This document shows positions 63,728 to 64,000 of a DNA stretch of 64,000 nt, one piece after another. Every line of letters starts with the position of its first letter. Position 1 is the stretch's first letter. The stretch is from Candidatus Poribacteria bacterium. Lineage in GTDB: Bacteria > Poribacteria > WGA-4E > WGA-3G. The position numbers and the translations under genes are program-made. Under the pieces are notes generated by a model. It ran no database searches. It saw only the letters and a list, made by a program, of their open reading frames with translations, and was not told where the DNA came from. Location: positions 92,862 to 156,861 of the forward strand of contig JAJDUH010000044.1 of assembly GCA_022826805.1 (NCBI GenBank), given 5' to 3'.

Positions 63728-64000
63728 TTAGCCTATCAGACAAGATAAACCGAATCCAAGGTTTGAAAATTCCCTAATATAACAGTTATAAGCTTCCTCA
63801 TCAAACAAGACAAATTGAATGCGTTCTGGAACCATCTCGCTATTTTGTTGTTCCTGTTCTACAAATTCTTTCACGGCATTCAGGGCAATAAAGGTTGCTT
63901 CTTCAATAGGATAGAGATAGTTACCCGTGCTAATGGCAGGAAAAGCAATGGATCTGACTCCGTTTTCCACTGCCAACCGAAGGCTGTTTTTATAGCAATT
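63728..64000 (-). CDS. macro domain protein, 3' part (continues beyond the window end)
   Basis: SIAFPAISTGNYLYP is present. The frame stays open upstream of the track Met (…CYKNSLRLAVENG), and the sequence is paralogous to 56496..57062. Confidence 0.75.
   Translation of the reverse strand, partial: NCYKNSLRLAVENGVRSIAFPAISTGNYLYPIEEATFIALNAVKEFVEQEQQNSEMVPERIQFVLFDEEAYNCYIREFSNLGFGLSCLIG

Overview
This is a chromosomal window from an uncultured-type bacterium, read by eye with no searches run. Housekeeping genes are interleaved with very large secreted, eukaryote-like proteins. The housekeeping genes are pgk, proS, sucD, panB, hisI-trpE-trpG, purE, pdxA, the tig-clpP-clpX-lon block, an aminotransferase and six tRNAs. 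The large secreted proteins combine LRR, lamin-tail, YWTD propellers, ankyrin-CotH, dockerin-like motifs, planctomycete-type cytochrome c (PSCyt) domains and a C25 peptidase, and three of them share a T9SS/FlgD-like C-terminal domain. With an arylsulfatase as well, this content would fit a Poribacteria/PVC-like marine or sponge-associated lineage, but that is only a guess. No rRNA, CRISPR array, transposase or integrase was seen. The main findings are listed here. (1) A textbook cobalamin riboswitch with a terminator platform sits in front of a secreted beta-propeller/dockerin protein rather than a known B12 gene. It is followed by a lipoprotein fused to a 1+6 TM module and a second propeller, which suggests a candidate corrinoid-capture system. 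(2) Divergent from it is a near-consensus promoter, a 46-codon ORF containing Trp-Trp-His, and a strong intrinsic terminator just upstream of hisI-trpEG. This is a possible leader-peptide attenuator. (3) A five-gene surface operon encodes a TonB-C protein, lipoproteins, PSCyt heme domains and a 1281-aa LRR protein, and one gene is split by a -1 frameshift. (4) At least three interspersed repeat families are present: mosaic hairpin elements, including one copy nested in the loop of another; core-plus-covarying-arm elements, one of which bridges two ORFs in frame; and GTAGG-stem palindromes. (5) ClpX carries two tandem zinc-binding domains. (6) A small accessory patch holds an AlbA_2 protein plus a ParA-like ATPase, and an RHH cassette with five tandem 8-bp boxes. 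All functional calls rest on motif recognition by eye.
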